This document shows, one piece after another, positions 1 through 11,810 of a stretch of 64,000 nt of DNA. The notes under the pieces were generated by a model. The model was not told the origin of the DNA and did no database searches. It was given only the letters and a program-made list of their open reading frames with translations. The number at the start of each line of letters is the position of its first letter. The first letter of the stretch is position 1. The stretch is from Trichosphaerium sp. ATCC 40318. Lineage: Eukaryota; Protista; Tubulinea. The position numbers and the translations under genes were made by a program. Location: NCBI GenBank assembly GCA_038496445.1, contig JALMLS010000123.1, forward strand, positions 1 through 64,000. The letters are read 5' to 3'.

Positions 1-504
1 TTTGCAAAATTCATAGAGCTTTAATCGAAAAAGGGTTTGGCCCTGAAAAGTCCACCATTCGTGTTCTAGTAGTGTGAGTTCTGTGAGGTTGTTGTGAAGT
101 ACATACTTCAGTACAAATCGGTCTCCTTGCAACCACACCTCGGCAGGGTCTTTACCGAACTTGTCGCTGAAGTAGGCTTTCGTTGGTGGAAAGAACATTT
201 TTTCCTCTGTAATACTGTACAGTCGCCTGGCGTTTTTTTGTGCCTTTGCTTTATCGTAGGCAAATGCCTTGCTCTCTTCCTCAAAGAGCTTGTTCATCTC
301 TTGCTGTGAGTATTTCATATTCACGTTTTCTTCGTCTTTGTTTGTCTGTAACTGTTCTTGGTACTCTTCTGGAGTTATATAGTTTGGTTTTGACAAAGGC
401 GGAGGGTTATCTGTGCAAAATAACCGTACAGCTCGCTTATTGCGCCTGTATCGTACTTTACGCGTATATTTACCTGTAGTGAGGCGTTGAGAGAACCTCC
501 ACAT
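1..504 (-). CDS. 5' part of an uncharacterised, probably mitochondrion-targeted protein (runs off window start)
   Basis: ATG at 504 opens a frame with no stop to position 1: MWRFSQRLTTGKYTRKVRYRRNKRAVRLFCTDNPPPLSKPNY...EKMFFPPTKAYF. The N-terminus is Arg-rich and lacks acidic residues, with an RLF|C cleavage-like motif. Confidence 0.7.
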   Translation of the reverse strand, partial: MWRFSQRLTTGKYTRKVRYRRNKRAVRLFCTDNPPPLSKPNYITPEEYQEQLQTNKDEENVNMKYSQQEMNKLFEEESKAFAYDKAKAQKNARRLYSITEEKMFFPPTKAYFSDKFGKDPAEVWLQGDRFVLKYVLHNNLTELTLLEHEWWTFQGQTLFRLKLYEFCK

Positions 505-528
505 TGTTAAAGCAAAAAACAATAACAG

Positions 529-1951
529 ACTGCATTTGACCTTAAAAACAGGCCTGTCACTCGATGCGTGTATGGGGTGGCCTCAAAGGCTGCCCAACGT
601 GTTCTGTTTGAAAATGTCGCATCAAAACTACGCGCATTCACCAAAGCGAGCTGTTATGCTATAACTCGCAAGGACGTGATACGTCACGGTGGAACATCGC
701 TGTTAAAGACGTAAGTATTACAAAATCTTTAAAACTCACAGTAGTAGATATGGTTACACTGTATCTAATATAGTAAAGTCACTGTACCCTTCGTATGATT
801 GGATAGAGTGGAAATTTGGGTACGGCTTGTACTATAATTTACAGCTCGCTAAAGTGCTAAAAGATCCGTACCAGACTACTATTGGAATAGTGACAATAAC
901 CAAAGGGCATTTTTGATGATTTAGCTGAACGCCTCACTTTGTACTGCTTGGATGATTGGTACACTGTTACCCATCGAAGAATGCGAGAATTAGGCGCTAC
1001 GGGCATCCTATACAATAGGTAGCACTTAGTTAACGGTTTATTTTAACAAGTTCCACAGATTCAATGATTCAGTGTCTTGTGCTCTTGAACATATTTACCC
1101 GGAACACGAGTGGAAACTATGGAGATTCAGGTTGTCGTTTTAGTACGTAGTAGATTTCTAACCCTCTCTCAAGCCGAAAACCAAACCGTTTTTTGGAAGA
1201 TGACTATATCAAATCTATGATAGATAAGGTAGCCCACAGGCTAAACGTCAAAGCACCACGTGATTGGGAAAAGTTTAGTATCAAAGAACTTAAACAGAGT
1301 GGTTTATTGGAGTTGGTAGACAGGTACAACACTTACTCACAATGAGCTAAAGGACGTGTTCTAACAGTGACACTTTTTGTCACTGATAGGATACATACAT
1401 GCCTATTATGGTTACCTGTCGTTGTGCCCTTAACCAGTCTGTAGTCCACACCTTGAATCAGTGTTACCTCCCCGATTATATAAGCTTATAAAGAACCCGT
1501 GCGTCTTGTTAATTTCGCTGTTGCTCATAGTCGTAGGAAAAATAATGTCCCTGTACGTAGAGAGTCACCGAGTAGAGAGTGGGGATACTGGTTTAGTAAA
1601 TCCAATATAGCGAACTTTGTTAGATACGCAGAACAAAAACTAAACATCACTTCATGTCAAGAATGGTGTGGAGATTACTTTGATAGCTCTCTAACAGCTG
1701 TAGGTATCGTGTATCAGCATGCACATTGCTTTCGATTGGTGGTGGAGGAATAGCACACTCGTTTGGGTCAGTACTTCGTTGGTACTATCCAACGTTTCCG
1801 TGGCTGGGTAAAATAGTTGGCGGTAGGATGAAGAAGTCAAAGCAATGGTACGTGCGTTGTTAAGGCTATTGCTGACATTGCATTCAAGGCAATTACGCAA
1901 GTACACGCATTCTTTGTTTGTATAGATAACTACTGATAACTTGGAGAATAA
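529..1951 (+). CDS. Trp-rich helical-repeat protein (W..N..F...L.I....DWY.V...GG..LL...YP...W..W.F repeats); start codon and 3' end uncertain
   Basis: Spliced exons give YWNSDNNQRAFFDDLAERLTLYCLDDWYTVT..LGATGIL, ALEHIYPEHEWKLWRF, YWFSKSNIANFVRYAEQKLNITSCQEWYRVS. It is a paralog of 34181-36182. No in-frame ATG was found after the stop at 523-525. Confidence 0.65.
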
Positions 1952-2424
1952 AATGTATTGCTTTTTGGTTATCTCAACACTTTCACTTGTGAGTGATACT
2001 GCCTTTCTGTTTGATTCCTCGCCTTGTTAATTTTGATCCTCCTGTGAACCTTGTTCTTAACTGATTGGCGTCAATTCACGAATAGATTTACCCCAATTGA
2101 CTTTTGTAGCTTTCATTCACACGCCCTTATTATTACAATAGGCAGCAGAGTAAGTGATAATACTATTGATTGCTTTGTAAGTTGCTGGTACGTTCTTTTT
2201 TCATTTTTCTTTGTTTCTGCAGCGAACTATTTATTATTGGTGTTGTACGCGGTAGTTATGGCTTTGAAATTCCATTTTTAACCTATTCTCGCAAATCCGT
2301 TACGGTAGCTTGTTTTTGCCTATTTTTTATTTAGCATCGTGCCATCAGCTACCTATACGACGTTTAGTTACATAATGCTTTAAAATTCGGTTTTGCGACC
2401 CGTTTCCTAACAACCACTGTAGGG

Positions 2425-5400
2425 ATGAGTTATTTGGCAAGCGACAAAGCACAGGCATTCCGTGACCTTTGCACTGAACTCGGGGAAGACCCAGACAAGA
2501 AACTACAAGAGCTAGACAAAGAGTTGGCCGCAGTTTACGACAAGTTTTATGACAAACTAAACAGCCAGGTTGCTGGGCGTCAAAAAATGTTCGATAGTTT
2601 GGCGGAAAAAGTAAAGTCGTGTTGTGTATCCTTTTCGCCATTTGTAGCGTACCGCCTTTCGTATTACTGTATTTCTTAACATCAAAGAAAGAATTGGGTG
2701 TCACAGAAACAGACTACATGCCAAATAGCACTACGCCTGCAAAGGATCATATATCTACATTGCAACAAAATATTAAAAAGCTTTCAGCAGCAAAACAAAG
2801 ACGGTACGTCTAAATTCTTAATTCCTTTGTTCTTATCTCATTTTATGCTTAGGGAAACGCACATCGCTGGTCTCGTTGACAGAATCAAGATGCTTATGCA
2901 ACGACTCGGTGAAACACCAGAGGCAAAGCTTGAAAACTACACGGCAGGATCTTTGGGCTACACCTTGGATCTCATAAAAGCTTTGGAAAATAAAGAAAGA
3001 GTGCGTATTGTAACCAGCAGTATAACGTCTAATGTTTTCATCAGGAATTTGTTGAAATGGCTAATAAACGTCGATCAGAGATCAAAGCAGCTATGCAAGG
3101 ATTACGCGAAGCATATGATGCCGCTGGAACACCTGAGGAAGACCGTCAAAAACATTTAACTAAATTTGACATTAACAAGTCAAGTTTGACAACTAACGTT
3201 CTGGATGGTACGGATTCTTTTTGACGAAATTGAAAACTGAAGATATCCTAGAAATTAAGAAGCAGATGGCTACTTTGAAGGGTGGCAAACCTGCAAAAGG
3301 AAAGAAGAAGAAAGGTGGAAAGAAAAAAGACACTAGGGTAAGCATTTAGTAAATCAAAGAAAAATTTCTCACTGTCTTATCTTACGTAGGCATCATCCCG
3401 CGTTGGTCTTGTTGGAACACTTGGTAACTCAGAAGCTAGTGGAGAGTTCCAGACTCCTGAAATCTTGCCTCACGAAATTAAAATCATCAGTAAAATCGGA
3501 AGTGGTTGTTTCGGAAAGGTAGAAATAAAATTTAGTTTTTTCCTTCTTTTTTCATACACTAACATTTACAATAAAGGTATTTAATGGAAAATGTCGCGGT
3601 AAACAAGTCGCTATTAAGCAGTTACTCCAACAAGACTTGGAAGAGGATCTACTTGAAGAGTTCAAAAAAGAAGTTGAGATTATGACACATTTGCGTCATC
3701 CTAACATTGTGCTCTACATGGGATGCTGTACTGAGCCAGGAAATTTGGCTATCATTACAGAATTGTTGTCGAAAGGTAATTTGCATGAGCTTATACACAA
3801 CAAAGACGTAGACATCAGTCTATTGCAGATTATCAAAATGGCAAAGGATGTAGCTCAAGGTAAGCCTATTTGCTTTATTGAAAAAAATTGTGTAACAAAG
3901 TTTACAGGTATGAATTGGCTTCATTTGTCTAAACCACCAATTGTACGTACTAAGCTATTAATATTTAAGAAAAATACTTACTCACATGTAGATTCATCGT
4001 GATTTGAAGCCTACAAAGTACTAGCTAAACTGCCCTTAATATTTTCCATCATTCTTACATTTGGTTTTTAGTTTGCTTGTTGACGATAGCTGGAATGTTA
4101 AGATTTGCGATTTTGGTCTTTCCGCTGTCAAACGATCTCAGAGCATGAAGGATGATGGCGTAGCGCCTGGCACTGTACGTAAAAATTTATTACATTCATA
4201 GCATTTCTAAAATACCATTCAAGCCACTCTGGATGAGTCCAGAAGTACTTCAGGGTAAAGCCTTGAGCGAAAAGGTAGATATCTACTCTTATGGTATTGT
4301 TTTGTGGGAAATGATTACCAGAAATGAGCCTTTTGAGGACATGGACTCATACAACACGTTTGTTTCCGCGGTTTGTGATAAACAAGTAAGAAAATTGAGA
4401 ATGTTGAATATTTTACTCAATTTTGCTTAGGAGCGTCCTCCTCTCGATGATAGTATTCCAGTTCCACTACAAGAACTTATGGAAGTGTGTTGGGCTGAAG
4501 ATCAAGCTATGAGACCTTCATTCACAGAGATTATCCAAAAACTCGATAAATGTGCCGTACAGGTTACCATATCTGATAAGAATGGTCAAACTCTATGGAT
4601 AGACAATTGGTTTGGACATACTGCTGTAGAGTTCAGCAAATTCATCAAAACCTTTTGTAACACCATCAAAATGCGTCCACTCACTACAACTGATCTTGAG
4701 TACAAAACTCTCCAAGCACTGTTAGGTAAGCAAAATGAGTCCTTTCTTTTTTGACAACAACCTAACTCGTCTCGTTTTTAAAGGCACAAAGAAGGACGAT
4801 GAAGAAGTTTGCGAAATCGAGAAATTTGGGTATTTCTTGAAATGGTTTGGACCTTTGAACGTAGATGCCAAGGCCTCTTTGATAGTTGAGAAAGCAAAGA
4901 ATACACTCAACAAAAAGTACTAGTTACATGTTTGCACATACTAGTTACTCATAACTACTAGGTGGTTCCATGGTGATATCTCCAGAGGAGATTCTGAATC
5001 TAGACTATCAGACCAACGCAAGGGAACATTTTTGGTTCGCTTGTCTACCACTGAACCTGAGAGAATGCCTTTCACAATATCTAAGGTTTGTTCTTTTTCG
5101 TTCTTTTTCGTATTGAGAACCTTCACTCACGTTTACAATTAGGTTACAAGAAAAGATAATTCTATCACTCATCAAAGAATTTATACTCGTCAAGATAAGA
5201 AAGGTTACTACCTACATGTACCTCAAAAAGGAGGTGGCACAAAGAAGATTGACTGTGTTGGCTCTGTAGCTAATTTAATTATGAAGGTATGGTTGTTGCT
5301 TTAGATTTTTTCTTTCGCTTTGGTTAACTATTTTATAGGTAGCAAACAGCTTGTACTTGCGACATGATTGCCCTGGTTCAAAGTACAACATTATCTTCAA

Positions 5401-5455
5401 GAAGGACGTCAAGATCAAACAAGCTTACCTCGCTGACCCAGAAGACTATGATTAG
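2425..5455 (+). CDS. TKL-group protein kinase with C-terminal SH2 domain (Shk-like) and N-terminal coiled-coil region
   Basis: Exons encode GSGCFGKV, VAIK, HPNIVLYMG, HRDLKPTN, DFGLS, WMSPE and DIYSYGIVLWE, followed by an SH2 domain (WFHGDISRGDSESRL...GTFLVRLS). Ends QAYLADPEDYD-TAG at 5455. Confidence 0.9.
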
Positions 5456-5579
5456 AGGTCTCAAGATAACGTTTTTTGGCGTGTAAGAAATAGAAATAAA
5501 CTTAAGTCAAAACCAGAAAAAAAGACTGTTTTAGCGTTCTGTGAAGGAAAAGTTGGTATTGAACGTCTGTTATTCAACT

Positions 5580-8500
5580 ATGGCCACAGATCCCAAGTTC
5601 GCTCAGAAAATATACACCATATTAAGCTCGTTGCCTGGTACAGCGCGTGAGCCTTTGCCAAAAATACGTATCCAGGTTTCGTTCTCTGGTAAACTCTTCT
5701 GGGTACCTGTACCTTCAGAGGAAACAGTACAATGGGTTATGGATGAGGTACAGTAATTATTTGCGCACACTGCGGTTAACGCCACTGTAGGTGTGCAAGC
5801 GCTTTGAAAAAGTACGCGGAGTGAAGGCTAAGATAAACAGAATCACCACTGAGAAAGGCGCAGTCATGTCACCTGAAGATAACTGTGGAGACAGTATCTC
5901 TCCAGGTGTAAAGCTCTACGCGTACGGTGAAATCGACCAAGAAAGTGACGTACGTTCATTTTCGCCTAAAATCGCCCACTAAAAGGGTTTTAATTCTCAC
6001 AAACGTTTTCCACTACGACTACATTGCTTTACGCTCTTTGAGCCGAACAAAATTATTTGGTTTATGTTTACCTTAAAAACACAACTCAAGATGTTTTTTA
6101 GGCCGTCAAAGACAACGAACGATTCTCAGTTGAGCGTAAAAAGATCATTGATCCAGACACAGGAGCTGTAGTTGATACTAGATGTATGATTGTTCTCAAT
6201 GATACTGTTCTCATTGAGTCCATACGTTATTTCATCAGCTCTGATATCTTTTACGAGAAACGGTACGCGTTAGGCTGCAGTACACCTCGTTTTCTTCACT
6301 GAATTTTCCCTTTGCTAAAAATACGTTTTCTTACGCCGTTCTAGCCCGAAAGTTAACGCAGAGGCTCTGCTACAATACCTCGAGCAATTCAAAAAGAATG
6401 CAACATACAGAGCTCGATTGAAGCCTCTTATCGACTTTTTGGAGAACGAGTACGAGGACATCCGTAAGAAGATCAATACTATGTTAACAGACGGTAAAAT
6501 CAACTACGACAGTCTCTGGAGTATTTTTGCACCATCTACAACTGTACGTACCAAACGCTCAGAAAAACTGCTCTAATAGTTGGTTAGATTACCTCAAAAG
6601 TCGGAGTATCACAGCACGCAGTTGGTGCAAAGATCAAAACGTCCAAATACAATAGATCATCCTGGTTCCCTTCCTTCGACATCACTGCCGATGTTATTAA
6701 ATCTAATGGTGGAACGTACTACAGAGCATCAGAGAGTTACTCAATCCCTGCCTTCTCAGGTGTTAAAACACTAAAGGTACTTCCTTCAAAATCAGAAAAA
6801 AAATTATCAACTGATGATTGTAGGATCTGCCTGTAAGACCTTTGGATGAGGCAACAAAAAAAATTCTTATTGCTCGTGGTAAGAAGTTCATGCAAGCCGC
6901 TAAAGGCGCACATTACATGAACTACACAGGCAATATTGAATGGAAACAGTACGCAAGAAAAAAAGGAATATCACATGCTCATAATAACCTTTAGTTGGTG
7001 GACAACAAACTCAACAAAAGCTTACGGAAGGTAAAAACTGAAAAAATTTTCTGATTATTGTTCTCAGTTTATTCTGTGTTTCTTACTTTATCAAAGGGTT
7101 ATGGTAGATGGTGTTAGTTTTTCGCGTATGAATCCAAATTATAGATCATTTTCTACATCTCCTGCTTCGAGTACTAGAATGGCAGTACGTACTCCTTCAC
7201 AAACTTTTATTTTTTTTTGATTTTTTTTGCTTTTTCGTTCATTCATTTGTTTCGCTAAATGTTTCTCTTCTAGTCCATTCCTGAGGAGCATTTGTTCATG
7301 ACCTGGCCTACCATTGGTGGTTTTAGTTTTTCAGCCAAGAAATGGGGTGAAATTGTTGTTGAGAACTTGCTTCCTGTTAAATACGACGACAAAGCCTTCG
7401 AAAAGCTTGTCTTCCCACCAAAAAAGAAACAATTGATCAAGAGTCTAGTAGAGAACGCACACGAGGTACCCATGAACCATTTCGCACATAATCTTCATGT
7501 CTCTCGGGAGAGTGCATACGCTTATGCAACCTCTTTTTTTTTTGGGTTTTTGTTGCTTTTGTGGTCACAACTTGATTTTTCGGTTATTTGCACTTTTTTG
7601 ACCAAACCACTTTCAAAAATGTTTCCTTTACGATTGGATACGGCCATACAACCATGAAAACTCCGTGTCTCTTTCCGAACCGCGAAGATAAGCATGGTAT
7701 GGCCCTGCCAGTACTTGGGTCCGTGAGGACCAGGGAACGTAGGGTGCTGTATTCATTTTGCTTTTTTCGTCATGAAGCAAGCAGTACGAGTGCATAACAG
7801 CAACTCAAACGCTTTATTTTGTTAGATTGCACATGCGTCCAGAATACAAAGAGTTTCCTTTTTTTTGTTCAAAAAATATCGCCAACTTGCATTACAAATC
7901 ACTAAATCTGTGTTTAGTCGTTTGCCGATATCATCTCTGGAAAAGGTGGTGGTTGTATTTTCTTGCTCCATGGTTCTCCTGGTGTAGGTAAAACCCTCAC
8001 TGCAGAGGCAATTGCAGAGTTATTGCATAGGCCATTGTATTCTGTTAGTGTTGGTGAACTTGGTACAAACACCAAGGAACTCGAAGAGAAATTACGTCAG
8101 ATTCTTGAATTGGCTAGTATCTGGAACGCTGTCGTCCTTATAGATGAGGCAGATATCTTCCTTGAGAAGCGTTCTGAGAATGCTATCATGCGTAATGCTA
8201 TGGTAAGTAAAGTTTCGAAGAAAGGAAAAAAGATCCACAGCCAACAATCTTGTTTTTTCTTCTTGTTTTTTTTTCTCGTTTTTTTCGTATGTCTTACTTG
8301 TTATAGGTTGGTATCTTCTTGCGTTTGCTTGAATATCATCAAGGTGTACTTTTCTTGACAACCAATCGTGTCAAAGTATTCGATGAAGCCTTCCACTCAC
8401 GTATTTCAGGTACGCTCTCTTTTTTGTTCTTTAAAAGCTATTTTTCTTTGCTTCTTTCTCTTTTGTTTTTTCGGTCCCTGATTTACTCTTCAGTCGCCCT

Positions 8501-8774
8501 CAAATACGAGAACCTCGATGAAACTGCACGTGAAAAGATTTGGGGTAATCTATTGGAAACAGCAAGCATTAAAGGACTTGACATTAAACGCCTTGCCAAA
8601 TATGAGATTAACGGACGTCAAATCCGTACTACAATCAGGCTAGCACAATCTCTTGCATTCACTGCTGGTGTACCAGTAACTGAACAGCATATTGATGAAA
8701 CAATTGGTGTTGCAAACCAATTCGTTACTGATCTCATGGTTGCACAGAAGAAAGACGCCGAACAGCAAAATTAA
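5580..8774 (+). CDS. AAA+ ATPase (single AAA domain, family common in fungi/protists) with N-terminal ubiquitin-like region
   Basis: DIISGKGGGCIFLLHGSPGVGKT (Walker A), VLIDEAD (Walker B), LEYHQGVLFLTTNR, DEAFHSRI, NGRQIR. Multi-exon, stop at 8774. Confidence 0.9.
7636..7755 (+). rRNA. 5S rRNA: 5S rRNA gene, nested in intron 7466-7917 of the AAA ATPase
   Basis: 120 nt, GGATACGGCCATAC...CCGAAC..CGAAGATAAGC...AGTACTTGG...GGGAAC...GTGCTGTATTCA. Terminal stem GGATACGGC/GCTGTATTC, helix ACCATG/CATGGT, GGTCC-GTGA-GGACC GNRA hairpin, followed by T-runs. Confidence 0.93.
7756..7767 (+). terminator. RNA polymerase III oligo-T terminator of the 5S gene
   Basis: TTTTGCTTTTTT lies immediately after the 5S 3' end. 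Confidence 0.75.
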
Positions 8775-9068
8775 ATCAATTGTGATCATGATTTAATAAA
8801 ACATCAGATGATTCAAACGTCTCTAAATGACCTGTTTTCTTGCCAAGTTCTGAACGCTCTTGCCAAGCGCTTTAACCTCCATCTGTCACACATGAAGCTT
8901 TGTCAGAAAAAAGCTGTATCTATTCGAGCTACCACGCATTAACGTGCCTCTACCATAACGTCTTGTTGAGCCTTTCAGCATGAGAAGTGCCTTAATCAAG
9001 GAAAAACTCTTTTTTTTCGAAAAGTCTTCAAGTTTCTTCAAAACAATCAGGTACACAAGGGAAGTGAC

Positions 9069-9704
9069 ATGGAACAAGCTCGCTACACTTTATTGTTGCT
9101 TCCATTAGAGCTACAGTTTGAAATTATACGCTTAGACTTTGAAGTGTACAAAAAATGGCCTATTTTATCTAAACAAACGGCAACAACTACAAGGTTTGAT
9201 AGTGAATTAAATAAGCACGGGAAATGGATGAAATATGAAGAAGCATTTTTGATATTTGAAAAAACACAATATACTTTTGTACATGGTTCGCTTGAAGGTG
9301 ACTGCAAGAAGTGGTTTACTAATGGTAAATTGCTTGAGCAGTATCAACTTGTCAATGGCAAGAAAGAAGGAGAGAAAAAGGGATGGTTCTTAAACGGTAA
9401 ACTGAGTATCAAGTGTAGTTACAAAAACAATAAACTACACGGAGAGTATCAGCTGTGGCATAGCAATGGTAAATTGCAGAAGCAATGTCAATACTCTAAT
9501 GGCGAGCTTGAAGGAGACTACACAATGTGGCACGCTAATGGTCAATTATGGGAGCAGTGTCAATATATTAATGGCGAGATACACGGAGAGAAGAAGGAGT
9601 GGTATAAAAATGGACAATTACTTGGAGTGTCAAATTTTATCAATGGAAAACCTAGAGGAGTGTTCAAGAAGTGGACTCAGGGCGGTGAGCTATTCATAGT
9701 ATAA
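9069..9704 (+). CDS. Intronless MORN-variant (YwqK-like) repeat protein with F-box-like N-terminus
   Basis: 211-aa single ORF. LLLLPLELQFEIIRLD is followed by about five 24-aa repeats of the form G...WHSNGKL..QC.Y.NG.L.G. Confidence 0.85.
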   Translation: MEQARYTLLLLPLELQFEIIRLDFEVYKKWPILSKQTATTTRFDSELNKHGKWMKYEEAFLIFEKTQYTFVHGSLEGDCKKWFTNGKLLEQYQLVNGKKEGEKKGWFLNGKLSIKCSYKNNKLHGEYQLWHSNGKLQKQCQYSNGELEGDYTMWHANGQLWEQCQYINGEIHGEKKEWYKNGQLLGVSNFINGKPRGVFKKWTQGGELFIV

Positions 9705-10325
9705 TTTTGTAGAGTGGAAGGTACGTGAATAGGAGTAGCAACAAGCAATGTCAAGTAATTATAGAATAAACACAGCAAGAATTTGCTTATTCTCTGTCCA
9801 AAAGGATAGTACAAGTGTACAATTTCCTGAAAAACAAATGATAGCTAGAAACTTAAAATCTAAAACGTGTTGTACTACGAAATTGTCCTGACATTACTAA
9901 AGAGGCTGCATAGTCGATGGGTATTTCATTTAAAAACAGTTAGTACATGTTGTGGTTAGAACAGTTTCCTTGCACGAATGTCTTGCCTACAAAGTTTGGC
10001 ACGGTCAAGATACACAGGTGTCACTTGATAAGATACAACAAAACTCACTTAGAGGCGTTATTGAACCAGTTTTGTAACAGGCCTATACTAACTGTGTCGT
10101 GTGGTGTCTTTTTTTTTTCAAATATCTGTTATTCCAGTTTTTGCTTATCTATCTAGTCCGAAGGCTAGAGAAACATTCACCTGAATACTACCAAATAAAG
10201 AAGTAGCGCTATCTTTTTTGCCCGATAGTCAACAACCATGAATTTGTTGCTAAGATACAGTTTTTATTGTACAAGACTTTCTTCCTTTTGGAAGTTGTTT
10301 TTCGGTAGACTTTGGAGCAGTTTTG

Positions 10326-11810
10326 CTACAATAAAAGTCCACCACAAGAATTAAGTACAGCGTATAGTACTTCATGCAACACACTGATAATCTGTGACTT
10401 GTTGATAGCGCTTACATTATGAACAATAACTTCCCGCTTTTCTCCTCTTGCAGGCAATACAAGTTCAAGATATTTGTTTTTTATGTACTCAAGCACAGTC
10501 TTCATAGTCTGCTCGCCTTCAAAGTCTGGATAGGTCTCTTTGAATTTCCCTTTTTTAAGTGTTTGTTCCAATAGATCTATCTTATTTAAGAATAGTACTA
10601 CAACAGCGTCTTGAAGATAGTGCGAGTTGATGTTTTCGTCCCAAATCTGAATTGAAGTCGCCATTTTTGTATTTCCGGCAACTTCATCACAAGGGATATT
10701 CCATTCGTTTGTAGCGGTTGTAAACATGATCGTATGCGTATTTTCGAACCTGAGAAAAGAGTTTTTAGACAGCATTCCAAAACAAGCGATTAACGCAAAA
10801 AAGGTTGATTAAAACAATATGCTATACGCCATTTTAACCCACTACTGCGTAAGGATCAGGGTTTGGGTGACTCTCGAAAGAAAGTTCAAAAAAATTATCC
10901 GTCAAAAGAAACAACGTACGCGTGAATCCACTTTCTACGCTCGTTTTTCTGACCTCCAACATCAACCATTAACCAATACCGACCAATATGTTTAAACCCG
11001 GTAGTATTGATACCACTTGTTCTTTGACGCGCTCTCACAATATCTTCATCATTTGGTGTCCATGCAGCATAGTCAGAAAGCATTTTATCGATAACGGTGT
11101 CCAAAAAGTACTGTAAGTTCTGAGTTTCTAAGCTCTGAGCTCTACAAGCTTGAAATACTCTATTTATAACTGGATCCTCCCACAATGCTTTGCACGAGCG
11201 AATATCTGTTTCTGTCAAACCGCCTACAATAAAACATTAAAACTACAGAACACCTACGCTCTTAAATCAATCACAAACAATTTAAACTTGTTTCAATTCG
11301 ATTTGCGAAAAACCAATTAAACAAAACTTGTAGAGCGATCAAAAAAGATCTTCGCTGTGCGATGTGTATCTACAGCGAGCGGTATAATAGCGGAGCAAGC
11401 CATATATCATAAACACCCAATCTATGATCAAAACGCCTTTTGAAAACCAAAGCGGAATAATTATGCGTACCATACAATTTTGCATCAAGAACTGCTACCA
11501 TAGCTTCCTTTCGTTTATGAACTACTTTTAACTCCATCTTTTTTGCTTCTGCCAGTAATCGTTTGAACCCCGCAACAATATTGGTACGTATTATATCCTT
11601 GTATGTCCCCACATCTGATTGTGAGAAACCGCCGTGCATAGAAACAACTTGCTTTATAATTGTAGACTTTCCAGAGCCTGCAGCGCCCAGTACTAGAACC
11701 CTACTAGTAGTATTATGTAGCTTGTTGTCTTTCTTTAGCTGAGCGTCTATTGCCTTCGATTCTGGCGTCCTTACATTCGTTGGTCCACAAACACCAATTA
11801 CGCCGCCCAT
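10326..11810 (-). CDS. Heterotrimeric G protein alpha subunit (divergent)
   Basis: MG..C N-terminus, GAAGSGKST, RQRTSG, DVGGQKNERRKWIH, LFLNKID. Introns at 11224-11470 and 10750-10919. Confidence 0.92.

Noticed and set aside
1955-2345. Possible small gene between the repeat protein and the kinase
   Set aside because: Only short frames with no recognisable motif or consistent splice model.
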